Assembly: GCA_030586765.1 (NCBI GenBank)
Contig: JAUQZZ010000003.1
Span: forward strand, 1-31,824
DNA length: 31,824 nucleotides
DNA from: Candidatus Brocadiales bacterium
GTDB lineage: Bacteria > Planctomycetota > Brocadiia > Brocadiales > Bathyanammoxibiaceae
Direction: 5' to 3'
Under the pieces are notes generated by a model. It did no database searches, was not told the origin of the DNA, and worked only from the letters and a program-made list of their open reading frames with translations. Made by a program: the position numbers and the translations under genes. This document shows positions 1 to 10,428 of the stretch, piece by piece (the first letter of the stretch is position 1; every line of letters begins with the position of its first letter).

Positions 1-1378
1 ATTCAAGCCAGCCTGCGTTTTGCATGGATTTGTCATTGATTTTGAGAATTTTGTCCCCTGCCTTAAGCCTACTTTTCTGCGCTGGAGAGCCAGGAGACAC
101 TGCCTCAATAACAGGCCAGCCATCACTGTCCCACCAAATTTTTATTCCTGCAGGATCAAAGCCATAGGCTATCATTCCCAGGTCTTTGGATGGTTCTGCT
201 CCAGGGCCAGCAGCAGCAAATAGACCAGCGGGTTGCTCACCGATTGTGACTGTTAGGCCTTTAGTGGTGCCCTTGCGCAGGACGTTTATGTTTACCACCT
301 TCCCTACCTCGGTTTGGGCTATCATATTTCTCAGGTGATTTGCATCACTGACCTTCTTGCCCTCGTACTCCATGATTGCATCACCCCTTTGCATGCCTGC
401 CCTTTCTGCAGGGCTGTCAGGAGTAACATCCCTCGCCAGCACGCCTTTTGTGCCAGGCAGGCCGAAGGATTTAGCCAGGTCTTCTGTTACGTCCTGGATG
501 GCAACCCCTAGCCATCCCCTGGTAACCTTACCTTTTGCTATAAGGCTATTCATCACAGCTTTTGCCATGTTGACAGGGATGGCAAAGCCTATGCCCTGGT
601 ATCCACCTGTCCTGGTGAAGATGGCGGTATTGATACCAATGACCTCTCCCTTAAGGTTTACTAAGGGGCCACCGCTATTTCCCGGGTTGATAGCGGCATC
701 TGTTTGGATGAAGTCCTCGTAGTCGGCAATACCCACGTTTGCCCTGCCTGTAGCACTTATAATCCCTGCTGTGACAGTCTGGGTTAGGCCGAAGGGATTG
801 CCTATAGCTATGGCCCAATCTCCAATCTTGATTTCATCAGAATTCCCAAGCTTTGCTACGGGCAATTTTTCTGCCTCAATCTTTATCACCGCTACATCCG
901 TGGGTGGGTCCGCCCCAATAACCGTTGCTTTAAATTCCTTTTTTTCTCCAAGGGTGACGGCAATCTCGTCAGCTCCCTCTACTACATGGTTATTAGTGAG
1001 GATGTAACCCCTTTCGTCCACTATTACCCCTGAACCAAAGCCCTGCTGCCTGAATTCTTTGGGCACCCGGCCGCGAAAGAAGCGGTCAAAAAACTCATCT
1101 CCAAAGGGAAATTCTCCGGAGGGAGGGTGGAACCTCTCAAACTCCTCGGTTTTTAAGACCTTTGTTGCCTTTACATGGACTACCGACGGTTTTACGTACT
1201 CAGATACCTCATTAAAGAGTTTCGCAAAGATCTGGGCGCTCTCCTGTAGTTTCTGTAACTCTGCAGAGGTGTCTGCTGCTGGAGAAGGCCTTGCTCCGCT
1301 CATGTACAAGCCAAAAGAGACAGCCACTAGAAGCGCCGTCCCTATTAGTAATTTCAACCCCTTTAAATCTCTGCCCAT
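1..1378 (-). CDS. HtrA/DegP-family trypsin-like serine protease with PDZ domains (C-terminus truncated by window edge)
   Basis: Read from the reverse complement; absent from the ORF track. Start MGRDLKGLKLLIGTALLVAVSFGLYMSG (membrane anchor/signal). Catalytic motifs ILTNNHVVEG (His), PPTDVAVIKI (Asp), QTDAAINPGNSGGPLVN (Ser), then PDZ-like segments (RGWLGVAIQDVTEDLAKSFGLPGTKGVLARDV). RBS-like GAGGAG upstream of ATG at 1378. Confidence 0.93.
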   Translation of the reverse strand, partial: MGRDLKGLKLLIGTALLVAVSFGLYMSGARPSPAADTSAELQKLQESAQIFAKLFNEVSEYVKPSVVHVKATKVLKTEEFERFHPPSGEFPFGDEFFDRFFRGRVPKEFRQQGFGSGVIVDERGYILTNNHVVEGADEIAVTLGEKKEFKATVIGADPPTDVAVIKIEAEKLPVAKLGNSDEIKIGDWAIAIGNPFGLTQTVTAGIISATGRANVGIADYEDFIQTDAAINPGNSGGPLVNLKGEVIGINTAIFTRTGGYQGIGFAIPVNMAKAVMNSLIAKGKVTRGWLGVAIQDVTEDLAKSFGLPGTKGVLARDVTPDSPAERAGMQRGDAIMEYEGKKVSDANHLRNMIAQTEVGKVVNINVLRKGTTKGLTVTIGEQPAGLFAAAGPGAEPSKDLGMIAYGFDPAGIKIWWDSDGWPVIEAVSPGSPAQKSRLKAGDKILKINDKSMQNAGWLE

Positions 1379-1455
1379 GGTTTTCTCCTCAAAGGTTTTT
1401 CAGATTGTCCTTAAAACATATCTTAGCAAATATTCTTTCTATTGTATAGGGTAAA

Positions 1456-2085
1456 TCAAAGAGGGGTCTTTCTCCCCTCCAGTATCTCTTTGACCTTCAT
1501 AAGCCTTGATATGTGGAAGCGCTCCATTTCGTCCAGTTTTGCCTTGATAAATTTTATGGATTCCTTTAGCTCAGGGATGAGGACATGTTCTAAGGCGTTT
1601 ACCCTTCGGCGTGTCTCTTCTACCTCTTTGGCTAAAAGCCTCACTGCGTGCTCCAGTTCTGCTAGCTTAAGGACCCTGGGGAGATAGCCCCTTAGTCTTA
1701 TAATAGCTGTGTCGAGCTCACCAGGGGTATCTAAGAGGCTGTAAGAGGGTTCTGGTAGGGGCGATGCCTCAAGGCTTGTTAATAGGACATTTAGTATCCT
1801 CCAGTGTCTGGGTTTGAGTTCCAGTATGCCTCTGGATTGCCCTATAGCAGTAGCTACTGCCCCTCTTGGTGAAGTCAAGCCAGCGAGGGCGAAGGGCCTG
1901 AGGAGCTCAGGGAGCTCTCTATCCAAAGATGTACGCAAATCTTTATATTCTGTAGAGATATGCAAGAATTCCTTGACAAGACCGTCTAGTTTATCCTTAA
2001 GCATCTTGTGTCCTCTTAGGGCCAGGGCATATCTCCTCCTGAGTCTGAGGAGTTCCATCCTGTTGGGATTGACCTTTAGTCTCAC
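1456..2085 (-). CDS. ntpD: V-type ATP synthase subunit D
   Basis: 209 aa; [36 protein letters not shown] is typical of the central stalk D subunit; last gene of the V-ATPase operon. Confidence 0.93.
   Translation of the reverse strand: MRLKVNPNRMELLRLRRRYALALRGHKMLKDKLDGLVKEFLHISTEYKDLRTSLDRELPELLRPFALAGLTSPRGAVATAIGQSRGILELKPRHWRILNVLLTSLEASPLPEPSYSLLDTPGELDTAIIRLRGYLPRVLKLAELEHAVRLLAKEVEETRRRVNALEHVLIPELKESIKFIKAKLDEMERFHISRLMKVKEILEGRKTPL
1461..1479 (-). terminator. Putative rho-independent terminator at the end of the V-ATPase operon
   Basis: Minus strand GAGGGG-AGAAAGA-CCCCTC-TTTGATTT: 6-bp GC stem, 7-nt loop, short T-rich tail; overlaps the last codons of subunit D. Confidence 0.45.
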
Positions 2086-3464
2086 TCTTTTGTCTCCTTG
2101 TGATACTTTTCCAGGTATTCTGGCCTAATCCTCTTAAGTTCTCTCCTGGGTAAGCGCCCAAGGAGTTTCCAACCCAGGTTAAGGGTTTCCTCTATACCCC
2201 TATCTTCTTCCTCCCCCTGCTGTATGAACTCCTTATCGAGACGCTCAGAAAAATCCATGAAAAGTCGGTCTAAAGGGGTGAGGGACCCCTCTCCAAGGAT
2301 GAGGGCCAGTTCCTTAGCCGCCTTACCCCTGGCGTAGGCCGCATAGAGTTGGTTGGAGATGTCGGCGTGGTCCTCCCTGGTCCTGTCTTTACCTATTCCC
2401 TTGTCTTTAAGACGAGAGAGGCAGGGGAGGATATCCACTGGGGGATAGACCCCTTGTAGGTGTAAGGTCCTACTGAGGATTATCTGCCCCTCAGTAATAT
2501 ATCCAGTGAGGTCTGGCACAGGGTGGGTCTTATCATCCTCTGGCATAGTGAGGATGGGTATCTGTGTAATAGAACCCTTTTTGCCCTTTATACGGCCTGC
2601 CCTCTCGTATATAGTGGCCAGGTCTGTGTAGAGGTAGCCAGGATAACCCCTCCTGCCGGGCACCTCCTTTCTGGCAGCCGAGACCTCCCTCAGGGCCTCA
2701 CTGTAATTTGTCATGTCCGTGAGGATTACCAGTACATGCATATCCAGTTCATAAGCCAGGTACTCTGCAGTGGTCAGGGCCATCTTGGGAACAGCCAGGC
2801 GTTCTATAGGAGGGTCTTCTGCCAGGTTTATAAAGATTACAGACCTTTCCAGGGCACCGGTCCTGTTAAAGTCGGTGATAAAATAGTTGGCCTCCTCAAA
2901 GGTAATTCCCATGGCAGCGAAGACTACAGCGAAGGCCTCCTCAGAGCCTGGGACCTTGGCCTGTCTAGCAATCTGAGAGGCTAGTCTGGCGTGAGGCAGG
3001 CCAGAGCAGGAAAAGATGGGCAGTTTCTGCCCCCTTACCAGGGTATTCAGCCCATCTATGGAAGAGATCCCAGTCTGTATAAATTCCCTGGGATAATCCC
3101 TGGCGTAGGGATTTATAGGGTTACCATTTACGTTTAGTCTCTTTTCAGGAATTATGCGGGGACCTTCATCGATAGTGCGGCCAGCCCCGTCGAAGACCCT
3201 TCCCAGGATATCAGGAGAGACCCCAATCTCTAGTCCCTTACCCAAGAACTTTACCCTGACGTTATCCCTTCCTATTCCCAGGGTACCTTCAAAGACCTGT
3301 ACTAAGGCCCTGTCGCCAGCAATTTCCAGCACCCGCCCTCTACGGGTCTGTCCATCAGAGAGTTTCACCTCGGCGAGTTCCCCATAGGTAACCTCTTCTA
3401 CTTGCTCCACAAGCATGAGAGGGCCGAAGATATCCTTTACTGTTAGATATTCCTTAGAGGTCAA
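2082..3464 (-). CDS. ntpB: V-type ATP synthase subunit B
   Basis: 460 aa; [90 protein letters not shown]. Confidence 0.97.
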   Translation of the reverse strand: MTSKEYLTVKDIFGPLMLVEQVEEVTYGELAEVKLSDGQTRRGRVLEIAGDRALVQVFEGTLGIGRDNVRVKFLGKGLEIGVSPDILGRVFDGAGRTIDEGPRIIPEKRLNVNGNPINPYARDYPREFIQTGISSIDGLNTLVRGQKLPIFSCSGLPHARLASQIARQAKVPGSEEAFAVVFAAMGITFEEANYFITDFNRTGALERSVIFINLAEDPPIERLAVPKMALTTAEYLAYELDMHVLVILTDMTNYSEALREVSAARKEVPGRRGYPGYLYTDLATIYERAGRIKGKKGSITQIPILTMPEDDKTHPVPDLTGYITEGQIILSRTLHLQGVYPPVDILPCLSRLKDKGIGKDRTREDHADISNQLYAAYARGKAAKELALILGEGSLTPLDRLFMDFSERLDKEFIQQGEEEDRGIEETLNLGWKLLGRLPRRELKRIRPEYLEKYHKETKE

Positions 3465-5223
3465 CTTTGCTTCCCTCCCTCAGGGCCCCTATCTGCTGTT
3501 GGATACCCTGTTCTACCTGCCTGAATGCCTCTCTGTCTCCCTCAGGGACAAATCTCAGTCTGGAGATGTCGTCTTTCGCTGGGATTTCTATTATCTTAGA
3601 TAGGTCTATACCCTTTTGAAGGGCCTCCTGTGCCTCGGAATAGAATCTTAGTATGGCATTTAACATATAATACTGGTTTTCCAGAGAAGTGTAGGTGTCC
3701 ACCTCATGGTAGGCGTTCTGGTGGAGGAAGTCTTCCCTTATTATCTTTGCCACCTCCATAAGGAGTTTATCCTCTGGGGATAGGGCCTCTATACCTATGA
3801 GCCTCACCAGCTCCTCAAGTTCTGCCTCCTTTTGGAGTATCCTTAAGGTCTCCTTACGGTTTTCACCCCAGCCTGGAGCTATCTTCTCTCTAGCGAAGCC
3901 ATCTACTATATTCTGGTAGAGGGAGTAGCTGGTAAGCCAGTTGATAGCAGGGAAGTGCCTTTGAGAGGCGAGCCTATCGTCCAGGGACCAAAAGACCTTT
4001 GCTACCCTGAGGGTGGCCTGGGTTACTGGTTCTGAGAGGTCTCCCCCTGGGGGAGAAACAGAGCCTATAACGCTGAGGTTTCCCTCTTGCAGCTCTGTTC
4101 CCAGGCAGATTACTGCACCGGCCCTTTCATAGAAACTAGCCAGTCTGCTGCCAAGATACGTGGGGAATCCTTCCTCCCCAGGCATCTCCTCCAATCTCCC
4201 TGAGATTTCTCTCATGGCCTCTGCCCATCTGGAAGTGGAATCTGCCATGAGGGCTACGCTGTAACCCATGTCTCTATAGTATTCGGCAATGGTTATACCT
4301 GTGAAAATAGAGGCCTCTCGAGCGGCCACAGGCATATTAGAGGTATTGGCCACTAGAACAGTGCGCTCCATAAGGGGCCTTCCTGTCCTGGGGTCCTTTA
4401 ATTCAGGGAAGGATAATAGTACATCAGCCATCTCGTTTCCCCGCTCACCACAGCCAACGAAAAGGACGATGTCAGCATTGGACCACTTGGCCAGCTGGTG
4501 CTGTACAACGGTCTTTCCGCTGCCAAAGGGGCCGGGAACACAGGAGGTGCCCCCCTTTACCATGGGGAAGAGGGTATCTATCACCCTTTGTCCCGTTACA
4601 AGGGGTTCCTTGGGTTGAACCTTGCGTGTTACCCCCCTGGGTCTCCTGACAGGCCATTTTTGGAGCATCTTTATCCCTGCTATCCCCACGGTTGTTTCTA
4701 CTTCTGCAATGGTATTTTCTATGGTGGCTTCCCTTTCTACTATGGTCTTGATTGTGCCTTCTACCCCGGGAGGGACCATCACCTTATGTTCCACCAGGGC
4801 CGATTCCTTGACTACGCCAAGGATGTCACCCCCTACCACTTTATCCCCTGCCTTTAGCCTGGGCAGGAAGTGCCAAAGTTTGGTCCTGGAAAGGGGGGGA
4901 TACTCTGCACCTCTTGCAATATAAGGGCCTAGCTGGGAGTTTATAACATCTAAGGGTCTCTGGATGCCGTCGAAGATGGAACCAATGAGCCCTGGACCCA
5001 ACTCCACACTAAGGGGCTCACCTGTGGGATAGACAGGCTGGCCTGGGCCAATACCCTCCGTCTCCTCATAGACCTGGATAGAATAGTTATCTGTCCTTAT
5101 CTCAACGACCTCTCCCAGAAGCCTTTGCCTCCCCACCCTGACTATATCATAGATATTGGTTCCTGCCAGTCCCCTGGCCACCACTAAGGGTCCTGAAACT
5201 CTTACTATAATTCCTTCTGCCAC
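3454..5223 (-). CDS. ntpA: V-type ATP synthase catalytic subunit A
   Basis: 589 aa; Walker [69 protein letters not shown]. Confidence 0.98.
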   Translation of the reverse strand: MAEGIIVRVSGPLVVARGLAGTNIYDIVRVGRQRLLGEVVEIRTDNYSIQVYEETEGIGPGQPVYPTGEPLSVELGPGLIGSIFDGIQRPLDVINSQLGPYIARGAEYPPLSRTKLWHFLPRLKAGDKVVGGDILGVVKESALVEHKVMVPPGVEGTIKTIVEREATIENTIAEVETTVGIAGIKMLQKWPVRRPRGVTRKVQPKEPLVTGQRVIDTLFPMVKGGTSCVPGPFGSGKTVVQHQLAKWSNADIVLFVGCGERGNEMADVLLSFPELKDPRTGRPLMERTVLVANTSNMPVAAREASIFTGITIAEYYRDMGYSVALMADSTSRWAEAMREISGRLEEMPGEEGFPTYLGSRLASFYERAGAVICLGTELQEGNLSVIGSVSPPGGDLSEPVTQATLRVAKVFWSLDDRLASQRHFPAINWLTSYSLYQNIVDGFAREKIAPGWGENRKETLRILQKEAELEELVRLIGIEALSPEDKLLMEVAKIIREDFLHQNAYHEVDTYTSLENQYYMLNAILRFYSEAQEALQKGIDLSKIIEIPAKDDISRLRFVPEGDREAFRQVEQGIQQQIGALREGSKVDL

Positions 5224-5546
5224 CCTTGGCCTCCCTGGAGTATGTCTATCCCTACTGCCCTCTTTATCATACTGCTTGTCTCAAGGATGCTGGTACCGTA
5301 ACTACCAAAATGAGAAGGTAGGACAAGGATAGGGACCCTGGCCTTGCTTCTGGAAGCAGCGATAATATCCAGAGAACCCCTTGCGATGTCTTCGCTAACT
5401 ATTATCAGGAACACCTGGGGGACCTGAATGGTCTTGTTTAAGGCCCTTTCGAGTTCGCTACGAGACCCCGCAATTTCAAGCCCCAGGCCCAAGGCCCTGA
5501 AGGGCAGTATCTTATCTTCCTCTCCAATAACCACTGCATTATACAT
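5205..5546 (-). CDS. ntpF: V-type ATP synthase subunit F
   Basis: Likely start is the internal Met (MYNAVVIGEEDKILPFRALGLGLEI), giving about 113 aa; small subunit between C and A; overlaps both neighbours. Confidence 0.85.
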   Translation of the reverse strand: MYNAVVIGEEDKILPFRALGLGLEIAGSRSELERALNKTIQVPQVFLIIVSEDIARGSLDIIAASRSKARVPILVLPSHFGSYGTSILETSSMIKRAVGIDILQGGQGWQKEL

Positions 5547-6519
5547 AGGTCTTCCTGAGCCTTTCTCTAAGAGCATCTTTGCCTAACTTATTTAATACAC
5601 CTCCCAGGGTCAGCCTCAGGTTGAAGACCTCGGTGGTAAGCCCTGAGAGGTAGCCAAAGACCCTCTCAGGCCCAAAGGTCACGTAACGGGCCGGCTCTAA
5701 CCTGTCCATTAAATAATCCTCTGTATGTCTTTCATACCGTGTAAAGAGGTCTTTCTTAGCACCCGCAAAGATGTTCTCTACTGTCTTTTCTGGTAAGGTC
5801 TCTAGTATTGGTCTTTTCCATTCCTCCAGGGGAAGAGGTGCAAGGCGCTCTAGAATCTCTTCCCTGGGGAGGAACCGCATTATATCTCTCTTGGCTAACT
5901 TCAGGGCCCTGCCTAGAATCAGGATACCTCTCAATCTCTGGTATTCTAGGAGGTAATCTTTTATGAGAAAAGAACTAATTTTCTCTGCTACCCAGGCAAG
6001 AGAAGAAAGATAAGCCCCGTCAAGGATTAGGTCCACCAGGCTAACATCTTCTGTCGCTTCTTTTATATACACTCTCAAGGTAGCTACCGCCTCCTTATAG
6101 ACCTGAGGTAGGGATGTGTCTCTACCTAACCAGAGCTCTTCTAGGGTTTTCTCCCCCATGGGGCTTGGAAAGGGGGCTGGAGGGCTTATCCCAGCAATCT
6201 TTTTTTTAAGGAAGTTCTTGAGGTTTATGAGGTCGAATCTGAGCTGAAAGAGGTCGCAGACCTCAGGGGAGGGTGCCAGTTGTCTGAGCTCCCACAGATG
6301 ATGGAAATAGTGGAGGTTTATTATATCCTCGAAAGGATAGAGGTCCTGGATGGTGTTAAAATGTTCCCTCAGGGGAGACTCCCTGAGACAAACTAGCAGG
6401 TCTTCTGGCTTCTCTGAGGCAAGGAGCCTGTGAAAAAAGTCTTTTCTGAGGAGGTTATTCTCAAGGACACTAACCTTTCCTGAGATGAAGCACCACTGCT
6501 CCGGGGCGCTCTTTTCCAT
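5539..6519 (-). CDS. ntpC: V-type ATP synthase subunit C
   Basis: 326 aa; C/d-subunit-like sequence (DLINLKNFLKKKIAG, PERVFGYLSGLTTEVFNLRLTLGGVLNKL) and operon position. Confidence 0.85.
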   Translation of the reverse strand: MEKSAPEQWCFISGKVSVLENNLLRKDFFHRLLASEKPEDLLVCLRESPLREHFNTIQDLYPFEDIINLHYFHHLWELRQLAPSPEVCDLFQLRFDLINLKNFLKKKIAGISPPAPFPSPMGEKTLEELWLGRDTSLPQVYKEAVATLRVYIKEATEDVSLVDLILDGAYLSSLAWVAEKISSFLIKDYLLEYQRLRGILILGRALKLAKRDIMRFLPREEILERLAPLPLEEWKRPILETLPEKTVENIFAGAKKDLFTRYERHTEDYLMDRLEPARYVTFGPERVFGYLSGLTTEVFNLRLTLGGVLNKLGKDALRERLRKTYV

Positions 6520-6525
6520 ATCTCG

Positions 6526-7110
6526 TTAGCCGAAGAGCTGCGCTGCTACAAATGGGGTGCACTCTTCGCGGAGATGGCTGAGGAGGGCGTCCAGGCTACG
6601 GTCTATCTCAAAATTCTTCGTTCTCAAGATAAACCCACCCTTTATATCCGCGGGAGAGTGGGATAGTAAGAGTAATTCTTTCTTCGCAGATTCATTTATT
6701 CTTCTCACAAGCCCTGGGCCTACCTTCCTCAGGTCTCTATCACACAGCTTCAATTCTGACTTCTCAGGGATTTCCGTCTTTTTCAGCCATCCTTCCAGGA
6801 GTGCCATGGAGTCTTGTTCAGGGAGGGAGAGGATATGTTCCAGGGCATCTTGAAAGACAGCATCAATTATCTTGTTCTTCAGCCGAAGTAACTCCATATT
6901 GTAGTGGGCCTGGAGACGGAAGAGGGACCTCTCTTTTTCTCTTTGGAGCTCCCCTTCCAGGGTCTCCAGTCTCTTCTGAACCTCTTTCTGTAGAGAAGCC
7001 CTTATCCTGGAGATTTTTAGTTCAAGGTCTTCCTGGGAGGCCTTGAGCAACCTCTCGGCCTCCCTGCGGGCATCTTCAAGGATATGGGTCTTTATCTTCT
7101 CTAAAGGCAC
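6526..7110 (-). CDS. ntpE: V-type ATP synthase subunit E
   Basis: 194 aa; coiled-coil N-terminus (ILEDARREAERLLKASQEDLELKISRIRASLQKEVQKRLE) and C-terminal PADIKGGFILRTKNFEIDRSLDALLSHLREE. Confidence 0.88.
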   Translation of the reverse strand: MPLEKIKTHILEDARREAERLLKASQEDLELKISRIRASLQKEVQKRLETLEGELQREKERSLFRLQAHYNMELLRLKNKIIDAVFQDALEHILSLPEQDSMALLEGWLKKTEIPEKSELKLCDRDLRKVGPGLVRRINESAKKELLLLSHSPADIKGGFILRTKNFEIDRSLDALLSHLREECTPFVAAQLFG

Positions 7111-7132
7111 GGCTTGTTCGTATCCTCACCAG

Positions 7133-7651
7133 CTAGGATATAGTGAGGCCCCCGGGTTTTGTAAGCCACATGACCATGAGGATGGCAGCAAGCAGGGCCA
7201 CCACTGCATAGGTCTCTATTAGGGCTGGTATGAGGATGGCCCTTCCGCTTTCTTCTGGTCTCTTTGCCGTCAAGTTAATAGCTGCGGCTGCGGCCTCACC
7301 CTGGGATATAGCGCTCCTCCACAGGACTATACCCATGGAGAGGCCTGTAAAGAAAAGCCCCATTCCGTTTATAGGAGGCACATGGATGACTCCCTCTATC
7401 AGCCCGATCCTCATTGCTATAGTTACTGCACAGATGAAGCCATAGAACCCCTGGGTTCCAGGCATAGCCATAAGGATGAGGAGTCTTCCAAAGAGCTCTG
7501 GTTTCTCTGAGAGCACCCCTGCTGCCTGGGACGCTGCTATCCTTATGCCCCTGGCTGAGCCTATACCACCAAACATTACTGCAAGCAAGGCCCCTGTACC
7601 TGCCCAACCCAGGCCTGTTTGTATGAAGTGTACCCTTAGAAACTCTTCCAT
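7133..7651 (-). CDS. ntpK: V-type ATP synthase subunit K (membrane rotor, duplicated hairpin, 4 TM)
   Basis: 172 aa; GGIGSARGIRIAASQAAG, MPGTQGFYGF, SAISQGEAAAAAI, ALIETYAVVALLAAI. Confidence 0.95.
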   Translation of the reverse strand: MEEFLRVHFIQTGLGWAGTGALLAVMFGGIGSARGIRIAASQAAGVLSEKPELFGRLLILMAMPGTQGFYGFICAVTIAMRIGLIEGVIHVPPINGMGLFFTGLSMGIVLWRSAISQGEAAAAAINLTAKRPEESGRAILIPALIETYAVVALLAAILMVMWLTKPGGLTIS

Positions 7652-7664
7652 TGCTTTAGAACCC

Positions 7665-9668
7665 TTAAGGTCTGATTAACTGGACCCTCTGCGATTGGAA
7701 ACCAAAAGGCTTAAAGCGTACTGCTCCAGCTTCGTAGAACCTACTAAAGAATTCCAAGAATATAAGCCTTGCCGGGTGTACAAAGGAGCCGATGATGCTT
7801 ATGAAGAAATTCAATAAATGGCCAAATACCAGGACCAGGATGAAGAATATTATCCCTGCCGAGCCTACCAGGCTGGCTATAATGTTAAAGGACATGGCTA
7901 TTATGGAGGTAGTAAGCCCCAGGGCCAGGAGCCTGGAATAGGATATTACATCGCTTATAAAGGAGGTGCACCCATAGGTGCCAAGGATACCATATATGCT
8001 TACTAACCCTGTTATGAGCTTTAATACCAGGCCCTCTTCCCTGCGACCCTGACTGAGGAAGAGCCCCACTGTCCCGAAGATGAGCAAGACCTTACCCACC
8101 TTTATCACTCCAGGGGGTAGAGGGATAAAGATGGAACTGACTACTAGAACCAGACCAGTTAGGAAGATGAGCCAGAGTCCTCCATCCAGTAGGGCGTCAA
8201 AGGGCCTCCCAAGTCTGAACTCTCTATACATTCTTAAGGCCAGGGCATAGAATTGGTTAAGTATACCAAGCCCTAATACAAAGGCTAGGGAGAGCATTAT
8301 GTTGGAAAGGGGGTCTACGAGGCATGTAGCCTCCTTCAGGCGGAGGAGGAGATTTCCTTCCCCTAGATACTTAGGGTCGTAGAGGTCGCCTGCCCACCCC
8401 CCTGTCAGGGCACCGCATACGGCGGTGCTTACCCCAGCGTAGAGGAATAGTTTGAAGAAATTTCTGAGGTTTGGGTGCGTCCTGAATCGCCGCATCAACC
8501 CATAAGAAAGGCCCATGAGGCATAGCCCGTATATGGCGTCACTAAAACAGAGGCCAAAGAAGAACAAGAAGTTGAGGATGATATAGGGTGTTGGGTCAAA
8601 GGCAAAGTAATTCGGGAGGCCAAACATGTTTACCAGGAACTGGGCAGGACGGAAGAAGGGGCCAAGAGATAGGGATACAGGGACATTCTCCTCGGGGGTG
8701 GGGTCTTCATAAAGGCTTGTGGTCTGGAAAAACTCCCTCTGGAGTTCATTCTCTAATCTGGGTATGTCCTTTACCCTTATGTAGCCAGAGACCAGGGCAA
8801 GCCTCTTGGAGGAGGCAAAGTTGGCCTCCAGGCTAAGCCTGTTCCGCTCGCTCTCCCAGTACCCAAGGAGGATTTCCACTGTCTGGTAGTAGTTCGTCAG
8901 TTGCGACAGGGTCTGGCGCAGTGCCTCCTGAATCTCCAGTAAAGACCTTCTTTGGGACTCCAGGGCTGCCACCCTTTCTTCCGCACTTCCAGAGAGTTGG
9001 GGTATTGTAAGTTCCTTAAAATTGTAGGAGTTAAGAAGTGCCAGGACCTTTTCTTTATCCTTAGGCAGATAGCCCAGGATGGCCCTTTGCTGTCTTTTGT
9101 TGGGGGAGGGTATGACCTGCCATGCAAAGAGTTCGTGGGCCTTGGGGTCCAGGGAGAACCTGTCCCAGGCCTCTTGAGGGAAGAGCCCTAATTTTAAAAA
9201 GACCTTCTTCACGGCTCTCAGCTCATCAAAAGACCAGGGTAGACCTAATAGGTCTTGAAGGGATTCTAGCTCCTGTTCGATGTCCCGCAACCTGGCTTCG
9301 TTGGCCCTCTGCTCTGAGCTGAGGGTCTTACAGTTTTCGTAGAAAGGCTCTATTTCTAGGGAGGAAAGGGCCTTTTCTAGTCCCTCCTCTGTTATCTGAA
9401 TGGGGACAGGGAAAAAGCCGTCTATAAAAGACCTATTTCTTTGAAGGAAAGGCTCCAGGGTGGAGGCAATAAATTCCAGTTTTTGAATCTTGTCCTCTGC
9501 CTCTTGTGCTGTTCCTCTGAACCTCCTCAGCAGCTTGGAAGCTGTAGGAAAATAGGAGAAGGTGTCCACTACATGGATAATACCCATCTGATAAAGCCTG
9601 TTTACGAGGGAAGCGCTGTCACGGACTGGCACTAGTAGGTTTATCCTCTTTACCTTCTCAATAGCCAT
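7665..9668 (-). CDS. ntpI: V-type ATP synthase subunit I
   Basis: 667 aa; long soluble coiled-coil N-terminus then multiple TM helices; PTPYIILNFLFFFGLCFSDAIYGL, SYSRLLALGLTTSIIAMSFN, FSRFYEAGAVRFKPF. Confidence 0.94.
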   Translation of the reverse strand: MAIEKVKRINLLVPVRDSASLVNRLYQMGIIHVVDTFSYFPTASKLLRRFRGTAQEAEDKIQKLEFIASTLEPFLQRNRSFIDGFFPVPIQITEEGLEKALSSLEIEPFYENCKTLSSEQRANEARLRDIEQELESLQDLLGLPWSFDELRAVKKVFLKLGLFPQEAWDRFSLDPKAHELFAWQVIPSPNKRQQRAILGYLPKDKEKVLALLNSYNFKELTIPQLSGSAEERVAALESQRRSLLEIQEALRQTLSQLTNYYQTVEILLGYWESERNRLSLEANFASSKRLALVSGYIRVKDIPRLENELQREFFQTTSLYEDPTPEENVPVSLSLGPFFRPAQFLVNMFGLPNYFAFDPTPYIILNFLFFFGLCFSDAIYGLCLMGLSYGLMRRFRTHPNLRNFFKLFLYAGVSTAVCGALTGGWAGDLYDPKYLGEGNLLLRLKEATCLVDPLSNIMLSLAFVLGLGILNQFYALALRMYREFRLGRPFDALLDGGLWLIFLTGLVLVVSSIFIPLPPGVIKVGKVLLIFGTVGLFLSQGRREEGLVLKLITGLVSIYGILGTYGCTSFISDVISYSRLLALGLTTSIIAMSFNIIASLVGSAGIIFFILVLVFGHLLNFFISIIGSFVHPARLIFLEFFSRFYEAGAVRFKPFGFQSQRVQLIRP

Positions 9669-9669
9669 C

Positions 9670-9984
9670 TCAGGACTCGTATATCTTTTTTACTATGAAC
9701 TCCACAACTTCCTCTAGTTTTTTCCTATCCAGCTGTTTAGTGTGGGCCTGGGCCTTCTCAAACTCCTCTTTGCGTTTGTATTCCTCTTTCTGCCTCTGGG
9801 ACTGGATATGTAGTTGTAAGTCCCTTGCCCTGAGCTCGAATTCCTTTTCCGATTCTCTTTTCAGGCGGGCGATCTCTTCCTCTGCCTGGGCCTCCAGCTC
9901 TTTTGCCTTCCTTTTGGCCTCTTCAATTATTCCATCGGCCTGTTTCTCTAGCTTTGATATCTCCTGGACAAGGTCTACCTCCAC
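9670..9984 (-). CDS. V-type ATP synthase peripheral-stalk subunit G/H-like coiled coil
   Basis: 104 aa, almost entirely charged coiled coil (EISKLEKQADGIIEEAKRKAKELEAQAEEEIARLKRESEKE), first gene of the ATPase set directly upstream of subunit I. Confidence 0.75.
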   Translation of the reverse strand: MEVDLVQEISKLEKQADGIIEEAKRKAKELEAQAEEEIARLKRESEKEFELRARDLQLHIQSQRQKEEYKRKEEFEKAQAHTKQLDRKKLEEVVEFIVKKIYES

Positions 9985-10003
9985 AATGGCCCTCCCAGCA
10001 GGT

Positions 10004-10312
10004 CTATTTCTTCAGGGGTTTTCCCAGCTCTTTTTCTATGGATTTAACCTTATCGCCGATATGGACGCGTATATCTTTTCGGTCATCTATGGTAATCATA
10101 GTAGTCACCCTGTCGTTGGTCTCAAGCATCTTGTCATGGCATTTCTTTATGAGCCCCATTACGGTGTTCCAGTCTCCCTCCACAGTGGTGCACATATCGT
10201 TTACTTGATAATTTGCCCCGCTTTCAACCAATGGTTTTAGTGCCTTTGCCAGTGCGCTGTGGAGATGGACACTCTTGCCTCCTATAGGAACCATTCTGAA
10301 ATCGGCAATCAT
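10004..10312 (-). CDS. Thiamine-binding / MTH1187-family (DUF77) protein
   Basis: 102 aa; MIADFRMVPIGGKSVHLHSALAKALKPLVESGANYQVNDMCTTVEGDWNTVMGLIKKCHDKMLE matches the DUF77 pattern. Confidence 0.85.
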   Translation of the reverse strand: MIADFRMVPIGGKSVHLHSALAKALKPLVESGANYQVNDMCTTVEGDWNTVMGLIKKCHDKMLETNDRVTTMITIDDRKDIRVHIGDKVKSIEKELGKPLKK

Positions 10313-10362
10313 CTTAACCCCTCCTCAGATATTTGATTAACTATAGATTATCACCAGGTGGA

Positions 10363-10391
10363 ATTATACATCATAACACCTTAAATGCAAA
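10363..10391 (-). promoter_or_regulatory. Putative sigma70-type promoter for the DUF77/V-ATPase operon
   Basis: Minus strand TTTGCA (10386-10391) - N17 - TATAAT (10363-10368); perfect -10 about 50 nt upstream of the 10312 start codon. Confidence 0.55.
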
Positions 10392-10428
10392 CGTGTAGAT
10401 TCAGAGAAAGATTAATGGGTCTGAGGCC

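Noticed and set aside
357-1454. Several plus-strand ORFs (357-722, 771-1007, 1059-1454) in the supplied track
   Set aside because: They are antisense to a strongly supported HtrA-like protease frame on the minus strand with all three catalytic motifs; the plus-strand translations have no recognisable features.
9695-10240. 181-aa plus-strand ORF (MNSTTSSSFFLSSCLVWAWAF...)
   Set aside because: Antisense of the coiled-coil subunit (Ser/Phe-rich complement of Glu/Lys codons) and spans two real minus-strand genes.
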